Shown piece by piece: positions 1 to 9,646 of a DNA stretch of 64,000 bases (its first letter is position 1; each line of letters begins with the position of its first letter). This stretch comes from Oscillospiraceae bacterium (GTDB lineage Bacteria > Bacillota > Clostridia > Oscillospirales > CAG-272): positions 21,930 to 85,929 of the forward strand of contig SVQX01000003.1 in assembly GCA_015065065.1 (NCBI GenBank), read 5' to 3'. Made by a program: the position numbers and the translations under genes. Below the pieces are notes generated by a model. It saw only the letters and a list, made by a program, of their open reading frames with translations. It ran no database searches and was not told the origin of the DNA.

Positions 1-762
1 GGCACGGAGAACGCTGTATTTTTCTATCTGGTCGTTAATTCGCGACTGACGGCGTATGCCCGCTGTGTCGATAAAGGTAAACGTGCCGCACTCGTTTTCG
101 ACTCTTGAATCCACGGCATCACGGGTAGTACCCGCGATATTCGAAACTATCATGCGGTTTTCGCCGAGAAATCTGTTGACGATAGAGGATTTTCCCGCAT
201 TCGGCTTGCCAAGGACGGCTACGCGGATGCCCGCATCCTCCTCCTCACCCTCGTCGTGATCTCCGAGCGCGTCAAGACAGGCGTCAAGCAGGTCGCCCGT
301 GCCGCTTCCGTGTACGGAGGAAACGGCAACGGGATCACACTCAAAGCCAAGCTCGTAGAATTCGTAATATTCGTAAGGCAGGTCGCCTATTCTGTCGCAC
401 TTATTGATGCAGGGGACGACCGGCTTCTTGCTCTTTTTGAGCATGATGCCTATCTCCTTATCTGCCGCCGTAAGTCCCGTGCGCACGTCGCACATGAATA
501 CGATAACGTCGGCGTCATCAATGGCTATCTGCGCCTGATCCTTCATCTGCGACAGGATAATATCGTCCGTCTTCGGCTCAATTCCACCTGTGTCGATAAG
601 CAGCAGGTTTTTGCCTCGCCACTCACACTCACCGAAAATTCTGTCGCGGGTAACGCCGGGTGTGTCCTCCACTATGGAGCGGCGCTCACCTATCAGCTTA
701 TTGAAAAGCGTGCTTTTGCCAACGTTGGGACGTCCAACTATGGCGATAACGGGTTTTGCCAT
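1..762 (-). CDS. der: GTPase Der (EngA), first 254 codons; the 3' end runs off the window
   Basis: Absent from the ORF track because it is open at the window edge. Reverse translation from ATG 762 gives MAKPVIAIVGRPNVGKSTLFNKLIGERRSIVEDTPGVTRDRIFGECEWRGKNLLLIDTGGIE. A second P-loop follows (IRVAVLGKPNAGKSSI), giving the tandem GTPase domains typical of Der. Confidence 0.9.
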   Translation of the reverse strand, partial: MAKPVIAIVGRPNVGKSTLFNKLIGERRSIVEDTPGVTRDRIFGECEWRGKNLLLIDTGGIEPKTDDIILSQMKDQAQIAIDDADVIVFMCDVRTGLTAADKEIGIMLKKSKKPVVPCINKCDRIGDLPYEYYEFYELGFECDPVAVSSVHGSGTGDLLDACLDALGDHDEGEEEDAGIRVAVLGKPNAGKSSIVNRFLGENRMIVSNIAGTTRDAVDSRVENECGTFTFIDTAGIRRQSRINDQIEKYSVLRA

Positions 763-767
763 CTATA

Positions 768-2081
768 TCATTCCTTTCCTAACAGCTCTTTTATGAATTC
801 CGCGCCGTCGTTTTTGCCCGCACGCACGGGGACACCAAGAATGTCGGACAGCTCGGAGGGTGTCATATCGTCGAGAAAGACGTCGCCGCCCGCGCGGAGG
901 GTATTTTCGGGGAAAATAAGCTCGTTCCCAAGCTCGCGTCCCACAAGCTGCTCACACATATCCTTGCCCGTGAGCAAGCCCGCAACGGTAATACTCTCTC
1001 CGAAAAAGTGATTTCTTATCTCGTAGACGTTGACGGTCAAGCCCTCCACCACAGCTTCAAGTCGCGCCGCCATGGCTTTTATGGTGGGATACGCCGCAAC
1101 GCCCGTCGCGACCGACACGCGCCTTGGCGGAGTGTAGCCGTCAAGGTACTCGTCAAGGAAAGCAAGCTCGCTGTCAAATTCGGACAAAAGCGACCTTATC
1201 ATTCCCACTCCGTTTTCTATCTGCGCGTAATCCTCGTAGTAGCTCTCGGAGGGCAGCGGACGCTCGGCGCAGAGGTACAATTCGTCCGCACAATAGAACA
1301 TTGACGTACCCAGCCGCTCGCGGCACTCGCTCGCAAATTTTTCAACGGTATCAATAATTTCCGCCGCTTCATCCTTCGTGTACTGCGACAGCGGATAAAG
1401 CTTGTCGCGGAATTTTGTAAGTCCCGCAGGGACGATGGATACGCTCTCCATTGCGGGCGCAAGCTCGGCAAGATCGCGCATGCTCCGAAGCAGCTCCGCG
1501 CCGTCGTTGATGCCCTTGCACAGCACTATCTGACCGCAAAGGCGTATGCCCGCGGCGGCAAGTCGCGGCAGATAGTCAAGCACCTCGCCTGCGTGCTTGT
1601 TGCGCATCATCTTCACGCGCAGCTCGGGATTTGTGGTATGCACGGACACGTTTACGGGCGAGATATGCATCTCGATTATGCGGTCTATATCCTTGGGAGC
1701 AAGGTTTGTCATGGTGATGAAATTGCCGTGAAGGAAGGACAGCCGTGAGTCGTCGTCCTTGAAATACAAGGTTTCCCTCATTCCCTTCGGCAGCTGATCT
1801 ATAAAGCAGAAAATGCACCTGTTCTCACAGGAGTGCTTTTTATCCATCAAAGGCGTATCAAAGTCAAGCCCAATATCGTCATATTCCTTCTTGTGTATGA
1901 TCTTTTCAAGCTCCTCGCCGTCGCGTAAGAGCTTCAGCGTGACCGCAGTATCAGCGAGGAAAAACCGATAGTCAAGCACGTCGTTTATCTCGCGGCCGTT
2001 GATGGATACCAGCTTATCTCCTGCGAGTATCCCGCACTTATCTGCGCGGCTACCGACGGCAACATCCTTTATTTCGACCAT
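768..2081 (-). CDS. DUF512 PDZ/radical-SAM-like protein
   Basis: ORF track 768..2099. ATG 2081 is preferred because the RBS AAAGGTGGGA lies at 2085-2096. PDZ-like N-terminus (GILAGDKLVSINGREI) and CENRCIFCFIDQ Cys motif. The DUF512-der gene pair is typical of Clostridia. Confidence 0.8.
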   Translation of the reverse strand: MVEIKDVAVGSRADKCGILAGDKLVSINGREINDVLDYRFFLADTAVTLKLLRDGEELEKIIHKKEYDDIGLDFDTPLMDKKHSCENRCIFCFIDQLPKGMRETLYFKDDDSRLSFLHGNFITMTNLAPKDIDRIIEMHISPVNVSVHTTNPELRVKMMRNKHAGEVLDYLPRLAAAGIRLCGQIVLCKGINDGAELLRSMRDLAELAPAMESVSIVPAGLTKFRDKLYPLSQYTKDEAAEIIDTVEKFASECRERLGTSMFYCADELYLCAERPLPSESYYEDYAQIENGVGMIRSLLSEFDSELAFLDEYLDGYTPPRRVSVATGVAAYPTIKAMAARLEAVVEGLTVNVYEIRNHFFGESITVAGLLTGKDMCEQLVGRELGNELIFPENTLRAGGDVFLDDMTPSELSDILGVPVRAGKNDGAEFIKELLGKE

Positions 2082-2151
2082 GGCTATCCCACCTTTCACT
2101 TTTGCGTCGCTTGCTCAAATCGTATTATTATAGCACATTTTTTACCTTCTG

Positions 2152-2631
2152 TCAAGGATTTTTCCCGTTTATGACCTCTTTCCCCGAATATTTTGAAAGG
2201 ACGTAGATACCGTCACCGCTCCAAAGGCGGCCAAATAATCCCTTGGGCTTTTTGAGTCGAGCTATGAGCCGGTCAAGCTCCTCGCTCTCCCCATCAAGCA
2301 AAAATATCCTTTCAAAATAAGGCTCTTTTGCTTCATAGCGATTGATATTCCGATAGCCGCTGACCACCGCCACCTTGTCGTCAAGCAGGGCAGACAGAAG
2401 AGTTTTTATTTGACCTGCAGGCACCTCGTCACCGATACACACGCCGCCCAGCCAAAGGGCGCAGGCATCCCCGTCGGCTCTCACTGTCACCGATATATGT
2501 AATTTTTCGCCGTCGCCGTCAAAAATAAGCTCCGCACATTCCTCGCCGTCGTCGGTGCTGTCCTGAAGCACGCGAGGCGAGTATTGAGCAAACGCCGAGC
2601 GCAATTCAAGTGCAAATTTCATGCTTTTCAT
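2152..2631 (-). CDS. hypothetical protein (159 aa)
   Basis: Clean ORF with no recognisable motif. Confidence 0.5.
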   Translation of the reverse strand: MKSMKFALELRSAFAQYSPRVLQDSTDDGEECAELIFDGDGEKLHISVTVRADGDACALWLGGVCIGDEVPAGQIKTLLSALLDDKVAVVSGYRNINRYEAKEPYFERIFLLDGESEELDRLIARLKKPKGLFGRLWSGDGIYVLSKYSGKEVINGKNP

Positions 2632-2826
2632 GACTACCTCTCCCGTATGTGACCTTCGCCCGCAAAAAATCAGCGATAAATTGGCATAATGCTCTTGAAA
2701 TCGGGGCGAATATTTGGTATAATTACTGTGACTTATTTTATCGGCTTATATTATACACTATTTTTTTGCAAATTACAACAGCAGAGCTGCCGAAAAGTCA
2801 ATATTTTCAGAATCGGAGCGTTTTTT

Positions 2827-3525
2827 ATGGAGCAAATATATACTATACCCGTCAACGAAGCCTTTGAAGCGGGAATGGAAAACCGTGAGTGCGGCTGTCC
2901 CCTCTGCGCGCTTTACCGCAAGCTGGAGGAAAACGAGCTTGACCTCATTCTCGGCGCGTCCATGATGGAGCCTGACGTGAGGATAAAAACCAACGAGGAG
3001 GGCTTTTGCCGTCTGCATTACGACCAGATGTTCGTACGTAAGAACCGACTCGGTATGGCACTTACGCTGGAAAGCCACCTCAAGGAGCTTGCGGGTGACA
3101 TCAAAAGCGGCGGGCTGGGCGCGCCAGGCGCAAAGCCTATGAAGCGTATCTCCGCCCTCGAAGCGGATTGCTACGTCTGCCGACGGATAGCGTTTAACTT
3201 TGAGCATATGGTCGAAACGGTGGTTTACCTTTGGGACGCAGACCCCGATTTCGTCCCCAAGCTGAAGGCACAGCCATATTTCTGCCTTCCCCACTACCGC
3301 CACCTTTTGCAGTACGGTCAGAAGCGGCTCTCCAAGAAAAAGCTGTCTGCCTTTGTTGACGATTGCGAAAGAATAGTTATGAATTATCTCTCCGAGCTTA
3401 CGGATGACGTAAGCTGGTTTTGCAAAAAATTCGACTACCGCTACGACGAGGAGCCGTGGTACAACTCCAAGGACTCGGTTGAGCGCGCAATAAAATTCCT
3501 GCGCTCGGACATACACGTTAAATAA
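2827..3525 (+). CDS. conserved Cys-rich hypothetical protein (DUF6062-like, from memory)
   Basis: Start moved to ATG 2827 (MEQIYTIPVNEAF). Paired Cys motifs CGCPLC and CYVCRR. Function unknown. Confidence 0.55.
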   Translation: MEQIYTIPVNEAFEAGMENRECGCPLCALYRKLEENELDLILGASMMEPDVRIKTNEEGFCRLHYDQMFVRKNRLGMALTLESHLKELAGDIKSGGLGAPGAKPMKRISALEADCYVCRRIAFNFEHMVETVVYLWDADPDFVPKLKAQPYFCLPHYRHLLQYGQKRLSKKKLSAFVDDCERIVMNYLSELTDDVSWFCKKFDYRYDEEPWYNSKDSVERAIKFLRSDIHVK

Positions 3526-3551
3526 GTATTGCACTGAAAGGTTTTTTAGAT

Positions 3552-4106
3552 ATGATAGATCTGCTTGAGCTTCACAAATATTTCATCCGTCAGCACCTTC
3601 GTCCCGGCGACGTTGCGGTGGATTTTACCATGGGAAACGGACACGACACCGAATTTTTGTCCCGCGAGGTAGGCCCCGACGGCTTCGTTTTCGCGTTTGA
3701 CATTCAGGAGCAGGCACTCGCCTCCACGCAGGAGAGGCTGGTCAGCTCTGGCTGTCCCGATAACTATCAGCTCATCCTGGACTCACACTCCAACGTCAAA
3801 AAGTACGTCGACGTACCGATAAAGGCAGGAATGTTCAATCTCGGCTGGCTGCCGGGCGGCGACAAATCCATCACCACCCTGCGCGAAACCACCCTCCCCG
3901 CCATACGCGACGCGATAAGTCTGCTTGACCGCGACGGAATTCTCAATATCGCCATCTACCCGGGTCACAAGGAGGGCGATGCAGAGGGAAAAATGGTGCT
4001 TGAATACCTTTCGGGCATCAGCCGCCACAAGGTGTGCGCTACCAAGATAAAAATTCTCAACTCCCCCACCTCCCCCTACTTTATCGTAGTGGAGACCAAG
4101 CCGTAA
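3552..4106 (+). CDS. mnmM: SAM-dependent methyltransferase, MnmM/YtqB family (tRNA mnm5s2U34 methyltransferase)
   Basis: Motifs VDFTMGNGHDTEFL, FAFDIQ, FNLGWLPGGDKSITT and IYPGHKEG are colinear with B. subtilis YtqB as I remember it. Confidence 0.75.
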   Translation: MIDLLELHKYFIRQHLRPGDVAVDFTMGNGHDTEFLSREVGPDGFVFAFDIQEQALASTQERLVSSGCPDNYQLILDSHSNVKKYVDVPIKAGMFNLGWLPGGDKSITTLRETTLPAIRDAISLLDRDGILNIAIYPGHKEGDAEGKMVLEYLSGISRHKVCATKIKILNSPTSPYFIVVETKP

Positions 4107-4119
4107 GGAGGGGCGAAAT

Positions 4120-4863
4120 ATGAATTGGTACAAAAAGATAATTTGCATTATCCTGTCTGCCGTTACCGCGGCGTCGATGTTCGCGTGCGGAGGCGACGGT
4201 GACACAAACGACGGCGGATGCGACGATAAATTGCACGATCCTTACCTTTTGCTTGCCAACAAGCAACACGCCCTTGACGAGAATTTTGTCCCGCCAAATC
4301 TCGTAGACGTTTCTGCATCCTACACCATGCGCGCGGACAACAAGGAGTACAGGCTGCAAGCGACGGCGGCTGAAGCAGTCGAAAAAATGCTTCGCGATAT
4401 GCACGCGGCGGGATATAGCGGTGTGCTTGTCACCAGCGCATACCGCACCTACGCATACCAAAAAAGCCTTTTCAACTACTACATTTCGGCCGAGCGAGAG
4501 AGAAATCCCTCTTTCAGCGACGCACAGCTTGAAGCCAAGGTGCTGACCTATTCCGCGCGCCCCGGCACGAGTGAGCATCAGACGGGACTTTGCGTTGATC
4601 TGTTTGACGTTTCCTGCATGAAGGAGCTTGAAAACTATGGCTACGAAGGCACGAAGGACGACGTAGGCTTTGCCGAAACGGGTGCCTTTGTATGGCTCAA
4701 GGCACACGCTCACGAATACGGATTTATCCTTCGCTACCCGGAGGACAAGGTGAGTGTCACGGGATATCAGTACGAATCCTGGCATTACCGATACGTGGGC
4801 ATTGAAGCCGCCAAAAATATACACCAAAGAGGTATAACGCTTGAGGAATACCTCGGTAAATAA
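4120..4863 (+). CDS. VanY/M15B-type D-alanyl-D-alanine carboxypeptidase, lipoprotein
   Basis: Lipoprotein-like signal (LSAVTAASMFACGG). Motifs SAYRTYAYQ, SEHQTGLCVD and ESWHYRYVG. Confidence 0.8.
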   Translation: MNWYKKIICIILSAVTAASMFACGGDGDTNDGGCDDKLHDPYLLLANKQHALDENFVPPNLVDVSASYTMRADNKEYRLQATAAEAVEKMLRDMHAAGYSGVLVTSAYRTYAYQKSLFNYYISAERERNPSFSDAQLEAKVLTYSARPGTSEHQTGLCVDLFDVSCMKELENYGYEGTKDDVGFAETGAFVWLKAHAHEYGFILRYPEDKVSVTGYQYESWHYRYVGIEAAKNIHQRGITLEEYLGK

Positions 4864-4883
4864 CAGAATTTCGGGAGGTGCGT

Positions 4884-5576
4884 ATGACTTACGCAGTTGC
4901 AAATTTACACGGAAATTATCAGAAATACAGCGAGCTTTTACAGCTCATAAAATTCAACAATGACAGAGATATTCTGTACGTTCTCGGCGACATCGTGGAT
5001 TACGGCACGGAATCCATGGAGCTTATCGGCGACATGAGCATCCGCCTCAACGTCTACCCTATTGCGGGTGAGCATGACTACAAGGCTGTAAAGATGCTGT
5101 CGGGCTTTGAAAAAATGCTTAAAAGCGGTGCCTCGCCCGATGCGGATTTCGTCACGGAAATGACCGAATGGGTAAAGGACGGCGGCGAGCCCACGCTTTC
5201 CGCGTACCGCGAGCTTGATGCGGATATGCGCGAGGGCGTTATCGACTATCTGTCGGATATGCCACTTTACGAGGAGGTCGAGGTGGGCGGCAAGACTTAC
5301 CTGCTTTTGCACGCGGGAATTGCTGATTTTACCCCTGACGTTGACCTTGATTCCCTGTCCCCCGATGACTTTTTCTCTACTCCCATCGACCCGCAGAATA
5401 AATACTTTGACGATAAGATAATTATCGCAGGACACACCTCCACCGCCGAGGATAACGGCGGTGACGGTAAGATATTCCACGGCAACGGCACTATTATTAT
5501 CGACTGCGGACTTGCCTTTGGCGGCGCTCTCGGCTGTATCCGCCTTGAGGACGGACGGGAATTTTATGTCCGTTAA
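4884..5576 (+). CDS. calcineurin-like metallophosphoesterase
   Basis: ATG 4884 follows GGGAGG; the track start 4878 is a GTG. Motifs ANLHGN, GDIVDYG, GEHD and AGHTS. Confidence 0.7.
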   Translation: MTYAVANLHGNYQKYSELLQLIKFNNDRDILYVLGDIVDYGTESMELIGDMSIRLNVYPIAGEHDYKAVKMLSGFEKMLKSGASPDADFVTEMTEWVKDGGEPTLSAYRELDADMREGVIDYLSDMPLYEEVEVGGKTYLLLHAGIADFTPDVDLDSLSPDDFFSTPIDPQNKYFDDKIIIAGHTSTAEDNGGDGKIFHGNGTIIIDCGLAFGGALGCIRLEDGREFYVR

Positions 5577-6996
5577 AGGAAATGCGGACAAGCTCGGCCT
5601 TGTCGGAAAAGAATTTGTCGTGGATATCCGCGATCTCAATAACCTTGGCGCAGGTGTCGGCAGACTACCCGTTGTCGGTAACGGCGACGGGCTTGTGGTA
5701 TTTGTAAGGGGCACTGTCAGCGGCGATGTGGCGCAGATTGAAATAATCAAGGAAACGTCCTCATTTTGCGTGGGACGGCTTATCCGTATCGTCACCCCCT
5801 CCCCCGTCCGCGATACCGAAAAATTTTGCTCCGCCCCGGAGGCGTGCGGCGGCTGTGTTTACAGACACGTGACCTACGCGCACGAGCTGGAATGTAAAAA
5901 GCAGCGCGTTATCCGCGCCTTCCGTGTGGCGGGAATTGCGGATGCAAACGTGCTTGACGTGCTGTCAACGGGCAAAACAAGGGGCTACCGCAACAAAGGC
6001 ATGTATCCTGTCGCGCAAGGAAAAAATGGTATGTATTCGGGATTTTTTGCATCTAAATCGCACAAGCTCATTCCTGCCGAAAATTGCTCGCTCCAGCCCG
6101 AAATATTCAGTAATATCGTCCGTGCCGTTTGTGATTTCTGCAATAAAAACGCTGTAAAGGCTTACGACGAAATAAGCGGCAAGGGGCTTTTGCGGCATAT
6201 CTATCTTCGCGCAACAGCGGCAGGCGAGGTCATGCTCTGCCTCGTTATCAACGCCGAGGATATCGGAAAAGCCTTACGCGGCAAGCTTATCGAATACATA
6301 ACCGAGAGATTTCCGGCAGTGACGGGAATTCTGCTCAACGTCAACAAAAAAAGCACCAACGTGGTGCTTGGCGATAAATTTCTTACCGTTTGGGGACAGG
6401 CGTATATTGAGGATGTGCTGTGCGGAAAGATACTGCGGATCGCGCCCGAGTCCTTCTATCAGGTCAACCGCGATGCGGCAGAGCTGCTCTACAACACCGC
6501 CGCGGATATGGCAGATCTTACGGGTAAGGAGCATCTGCTCGACCTTTACTGCGGCGCTGGAAGCATTGGAATTTCTATGTCCGACAAGGTAAAAAGCATT
6601 ACGGGAATTGAGATAGTCCCCGAGGCGGTGGAGTGCGCCAAGCTCAACGCGAGCCTCAACGGACTCTCCCCCGACCGCGCGAGATTTTTTGCGGGAGATG
6701 CCACGGATGCCGACCGACTTTTGTCGGCGGCGGAGGGCGGCGGCGCACCCAAAGCGGATATCGCCGTCATTGACCCGCCCCGCAAGGGCACGACACGGGA
6801 GCTTATCGAGGCGATAGCAAAGCGGAATATCAACCGCGTGGTCTATATTTCCTGCGAGCCCGAAACTCTCGCCCGTGACTGCGCGGTTTTCCGGGAGCTT
6901 GGTTATCAAATGAGCGACGTTCAACCCGTAGATTTGTTCCCGAGGACAGGACACGTCGAGAGTGTCGTGTGTCTGACACGACGACTCGACAACTAA
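5566..6996 (+). CDS. rlmD: 23S rRNA (uracil-C5)-methyltransferase RlmD/RumA
   Basis: ATG 5566 is preferred; the track start 5461 overlaps the upstream gene. Cys cluster CSAPEACGGCVYRH, SAM motif LDLYCGAGSIG, DPPRKG, and C-terminus DLFPRTGHVESVVCLTRRLDN. Confidence 0.85.
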   Translation: MSVKGNADKLGLVGKEFVVDIRDLNNLGAGVGRLPVVGNGDGLVVFVRGTVSGDVAQIEIIKETSSFCVGRLIRIVTPSPVRDTEKFCSAPEACGGCVYRHVTYAHELECKKQRVIRAFRVAGIADANVLDVLSTGKTRGYRNKGMYPVAQGKNGMYSGFFASKSHKLIPAENCSLQPEIFSNIVRAVCDFCNKNAVKAYDEISGKGLLRHIYLRATAAGEVMLCLVINAEDIGKALRGKLIEYITERFPAVTGILLNVNKKSTNVVLGDKFLTVWGQAYIEDVLCGKILRIAPESFYQVNRDAAELLYNTAADMADLTGKEHLLDLYCGAGSIGISMSDKVKSITGIEIVPEAVECAKLNASLNGLSPDRARFFAGDATDADRLLSAAEGGGAPKADIAVIDPPRKGTTRELIEAIAKRNINRVVYISCEPETLARDCAVFRELGYQMSDVQPVDLFPRTGHVESVVCLTRRLDN

Positions 6997-7184
6997 GTTC
7001 GCCTACGGCGAGTGAAGTTGCTGCGCAGTGAAGTTTCGGCTACTGCCGAAGTGAAGTTTGCGCCACGAGTGGCGCAAGTGAGAAGTAACTTTGGGGTGAA
7101 CTTAACTTCACTTTGCGACGAAGGAGCAAAACTTCACTGTGAACGAAGTGAACGACTTCACTTTTGCGTAGCAAAAACTTCACC
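6952..7184 (+). repeat. Direct repeat copy A (233 bp): last 45 nt of rlmD plus a palindromic GTGAAGT/ACTTCAC hairpin module
   Basis: About 92 percent identical to 9390-9623, and the first ~70 nt are identical. Contains hairpins TTCGGCTACTGCCGAA and TGCGCCACGAGTGGCGCA, three GTGAAGT motifs and four ACTTCAC motifs. Confidence 0.9.
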
Positions 7185-7286
7185 AAAAGTCAGGGACAAA
7201 TGTGAGTTTCGAGCAAAACTCGAAAATACAATTTACAGCAGTTTAGTATAACATATCGAAGTTTCTATAAAGGAGGTGTAAGGCCT

Positions 7287-8243
7287 ATGACAAGTACCAA
7301 AAGAATTTTATTTGTTGTTTTCATACTGATATTTCTCACTGGGATTGCTATCGGTTTGGTAGGCAGATCAATGTGCACACGAGATAACGAAAACTATCAA
7401 AAAGTGCAGGTAGAACTGTTTGCCCCAGACGAAATTGCTACGGTTTTACATGATGAAGATCTACATCAAATTTATGTATGCTATAATGATGCCTCCTATG
7501 TAAATGTCTATTCTGAAGAAGGCCGATTTCTTTGGGCGGTATCGACGCCGTATTTAAGAAATGTGTACTTTGAGCTTTCCAATAATCAACTCATTGTATA
7601 TAATTCTGCTGATGCTTACATTTATGATTCATCAAACGGAACTTTTGTTGAAAAGAAAAAATCAGATGATATTGATTTGAGTTACGATTGGGAAAACGAA
7701 TATACGGACGAATTCCAAGACGGCGAATTTTATTTTGATACATATCAAGTCTACAAGGCGCAAGAAGATGGATCACTGGCTACAGTCGTTGCACGTTCGT
7801 GGTGGTACTGGGTATTTAATTTTGGTGTTTGCTGGTGCGTATCGTTTGTCGGTGCTATTGGAATGGGAACTATCATTTTTCTTGAAAAACGGAAAGAGTA
7901 TCGAAAAACGCAGAAAGCTATACAGCCTTCAAAGCATTCAATCGTAATAGAAAATCGCAAAGCAAGGTTTATTCTGAAATACTTTCGGATTACCTCGATC
8001 ATTCATGTGATTTATGCCATTTTAGATATTGTTTTTGGACTTTTGCTGAATGGCATTCTTTGCATAGGCATTTTGCCGCTTGCAATTCATTTTATTATAT
8101 CCAACATCGTTATATGGAATATGCTTGATCATATTCGTCTCACAGAGGACGAACAAACGATAATCGATTATTGGAAGGTTTGTGAAACAGGTACTTTTAT
8201 AATCGCATTCTTGTCTGTTATCGTCGCAGCAATGCTGGCATAA
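7287..8243 (+). CDS. cassette ORF: multi-pass membrane protein (318 aa)
   Basis: RBS AAAGGAGG. N-terminal TM segment, a soluble middle part and several C-terminal TM segments. AT-rich relative to its neighbours. Confidence 0.6.
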   Translation: MTSTKRILFVVFILIFLTGIAIGLVGRSMCTRDNENYQKVQVELFAPDEIATVLHDEDLHQIYVCYNDASYVNVYSEEGRFLWAVSTPYLRNVYFELSNNQLIVYNSADAYIYDSSNGTFVEKKKSDDIDLSYDWENEYTDEFQDGEFYFDTYQVYKAQEDGSLATVVARSWWYWVFNFGVCWCVSFVGAIGMGTIIFLEKRKEYRKTQKAIQPSKHSIVIENRKARFILKYFRITSIIHVIYAILDIVFGLLLNGILCIGILPLAIHFIISNIVIWNMLDHIRLTEDEQTIIDYWKVCETGTFIIAFLSVIVAAMLA

Positions 8244-8244
8244 A

Positions 8245-8336
8245 ATATACCTTTTGGCTTTACAACCCCCGTTTTTGGCATAAAAATATACCTTTTGGTC
8301 TTATGACCCCATCGAGAGTGTCGTTTGTCTGACACG
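8245..8336 (+). repeat. cassette junction J1: two ATATACCTTTTGG boxes plus an rlmD-3'-end mimic
   Basis: Boxes at 8245-8257 and 8286-8298. Core CATCGAGAGTGTCGTTTGTCTGACACG at 8310-8336. Confidence 0.85.
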
Positions 8337-8353
8337 GAAATAACCGCAAAACC

Positions 8354-8427
8354 CGTAGGGGCGATTCACGAATCGCCCGGCAGACCACAAAAAAATCAAA
8401 ACGGGCGATTCATGAATCGCCCCTACG
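8354..8427. repeat. inverted pair of REP-like palindromes (GGGCGATTCACGAATCGCCC)
   Basis: CGTAGGGGCGATTCACGAATCGCCCG at 8354-8379 and its inverted copy at 8402-8427. A third copy lies in the prophage at 48089-48113. Confidence 0.85.
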
Positions 8428-8537
8428 AAATCCGAATTCAAATTGCCCCAATTTTGCGTTGGGACTGTTGCTTTTGAGCAAAACCCAAATGTTCATTTAC
8501 AGCAGTTTAGTATAACATATCGAAAGGAGCTGCCTTG

Positions 8538-9026
8538 ATGAAAGCTAAAATGAAAATCAAATATCGAAAGCTTTGGCTATTTATGATCGGTGTTGCATTT
8601 TTGTTGACATTGCTCGTTTCAATGGCAGCAGCTTTTATTACTGAAGATCATAACTATGCTCTGGCGATTTTATGTTTATTGCTTGATGTTGTAATTCTTG
8701 TCGCTACTTATTTCCGTTTTAATTATGGAATAACGATCACTGAAAAACGTGTAGTAGCCATCGAGCAAGCAGGAATTAAAATACTGCGATATGACGATGT
8801 AAGCAGTATTCTTGTGGAATTTACCGACGAAAGTGTTGTTGCTTACATAAAAATGAAAAATCAGAAGCAATATACTTTTGTTTGGGACAGCGTATTCTTG
8901 GGAACAAACGTTATTCTGCCATCTCACAACAAAATTAAAGTATATGATGAATGGGTGGAGAAAAGCATCGCGAATCTATCCAAATGCCCAAAGGTAAAAA
9001 TTCAAAACTTTTATACCACAAAATAA
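8538..9026 (+). CDS. cassette ORF: small membrane protein with two TM segments and a PH-like soluble part (162 aa)
   Basis: ATG 8538 follows AAAGGAG. It shares its 5' leader with the ORFs at 7287 and 10081. Confidence 0.55.
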   Translation: MKAKMKIKYRKLWLFMIGVAFLLTLLVSMAAAFITEDHNYALAILCLLLDVVILVATYFRFNYGITITEKRVVAIEQAGIKILRYDDVSSILVEFTDESVVAYIKMKNQKQYTFVWDSVFLGTNVILPSHNKIKVYDEWVEKSIANLSKCPKVKIQNFYTTK

Positions 9027-9027
9027 A

Positions 9028-9120
9028 ATATACCTTTTGGAGTTTTTCCCCCCCCATTTTTGCCGATTTTTATACCTTTTGGAGTCTTGACCCAAGTGGA
9101 GAGTGTCCTGTGTCTTGCGA
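9028..9120 (+). repeat. cassette junction J2: two box copies plus a degenerate rlmD-end mimic
   Basis: ATATACCTTTTGG at 9028-9040 and TATACCTTTTGG at 9071-9082. Core AAGTGGAGAGTGTCCTGTGTCTTGCGA at 9094-9120. Confidence 0.8.
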
Positions 9121-9139
9121 GAAAATCAGGAGGAAATCA

Positions 9140-9328
9140 ATGAAAGCATTAAGAATTATTCAAAGCATCGGATATTTCGCTTTGTTTTTGGCATCGGTCT
9201 TTAATTTAGTAAATCAAATTGCAGAAAAACATATTTTTGGTCTTGCTATCACGCTACCGCTGTTTGTAATTGCGCTTGTAGGCATAATTTGCGGCATCAT
9301 TCTTATAACCAAGAACAGAAAAAAGTGA
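9140..9328 (+). CDS. cassette ORF: 62-aa two-TM membrane peptide
   Basis: AGGAGG RBS at 9128-9133, then MKALRIIQSIGYFALFLASVF. This is the internal start of track ORF 8951..9328. Confidence 0.5.
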   Translation: MKALRIIQSIGYFALFLASVFNLVNQIAEKHIFGLAITLPLFVIALVGIICGIILITKNRKK

Positions 9329-9330
9329 GA

Positions 9331-9389
9331 CCTTTTGGAGTTACCACCTCCGTTTTTAGTCTATTTTTATACCTTTTGGAGTCTTGACC
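9331..9389 (+). repeat. cassette junction J3 (box pair) abutting repeat copy B
   Basis: Sequence CCTTTTGGAGTTACCACCTCCGTTTTTAGTCTATTTTTATACCTTTTGGAGTCTTGACC. Confidence 0.8.
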
Positions 9390-9623
9390 CACGTCGAGAG
9401 TGTCGTGTGTCTGACACGACGACTCGACAACTAAGTTCGCCTACGGCGAGTGAAGTTGCAAGCAGTGAAGTTTCGGCTACTGCCGAAGTGAAGTTTGCGC
9501 CACGAGTGGCGCAAGTGAGAAGTAACTTTGGGGCGAACTTAACTTCACTTTGCGAGTGATGCGAGCAAAACTTCACTGTGAGCGAAGCGAACAACTTCAC
9601 TTTTGCAAAGCAAAAACTTCACC
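9390..9623 (+). repeat. Direct repeat copy B of the rlmD 3' end plus the GTGAAGT hairpin module
   Basis: See copy A. It includes a complete copy of the last 45 nt of rlmD with the TAA stop. Confidence 0.9.
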
Positions 9624-9646
9624 AATAATCCCAAAGGAGAAAAGCT

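Noticed and set aside
4081-5795. Minus-strand ORFs of 273 and 285 aa
   Set aside because: They are antisense to the VanY-like and metallophosphoesterase genes, both of which have clear catalytic motifs.
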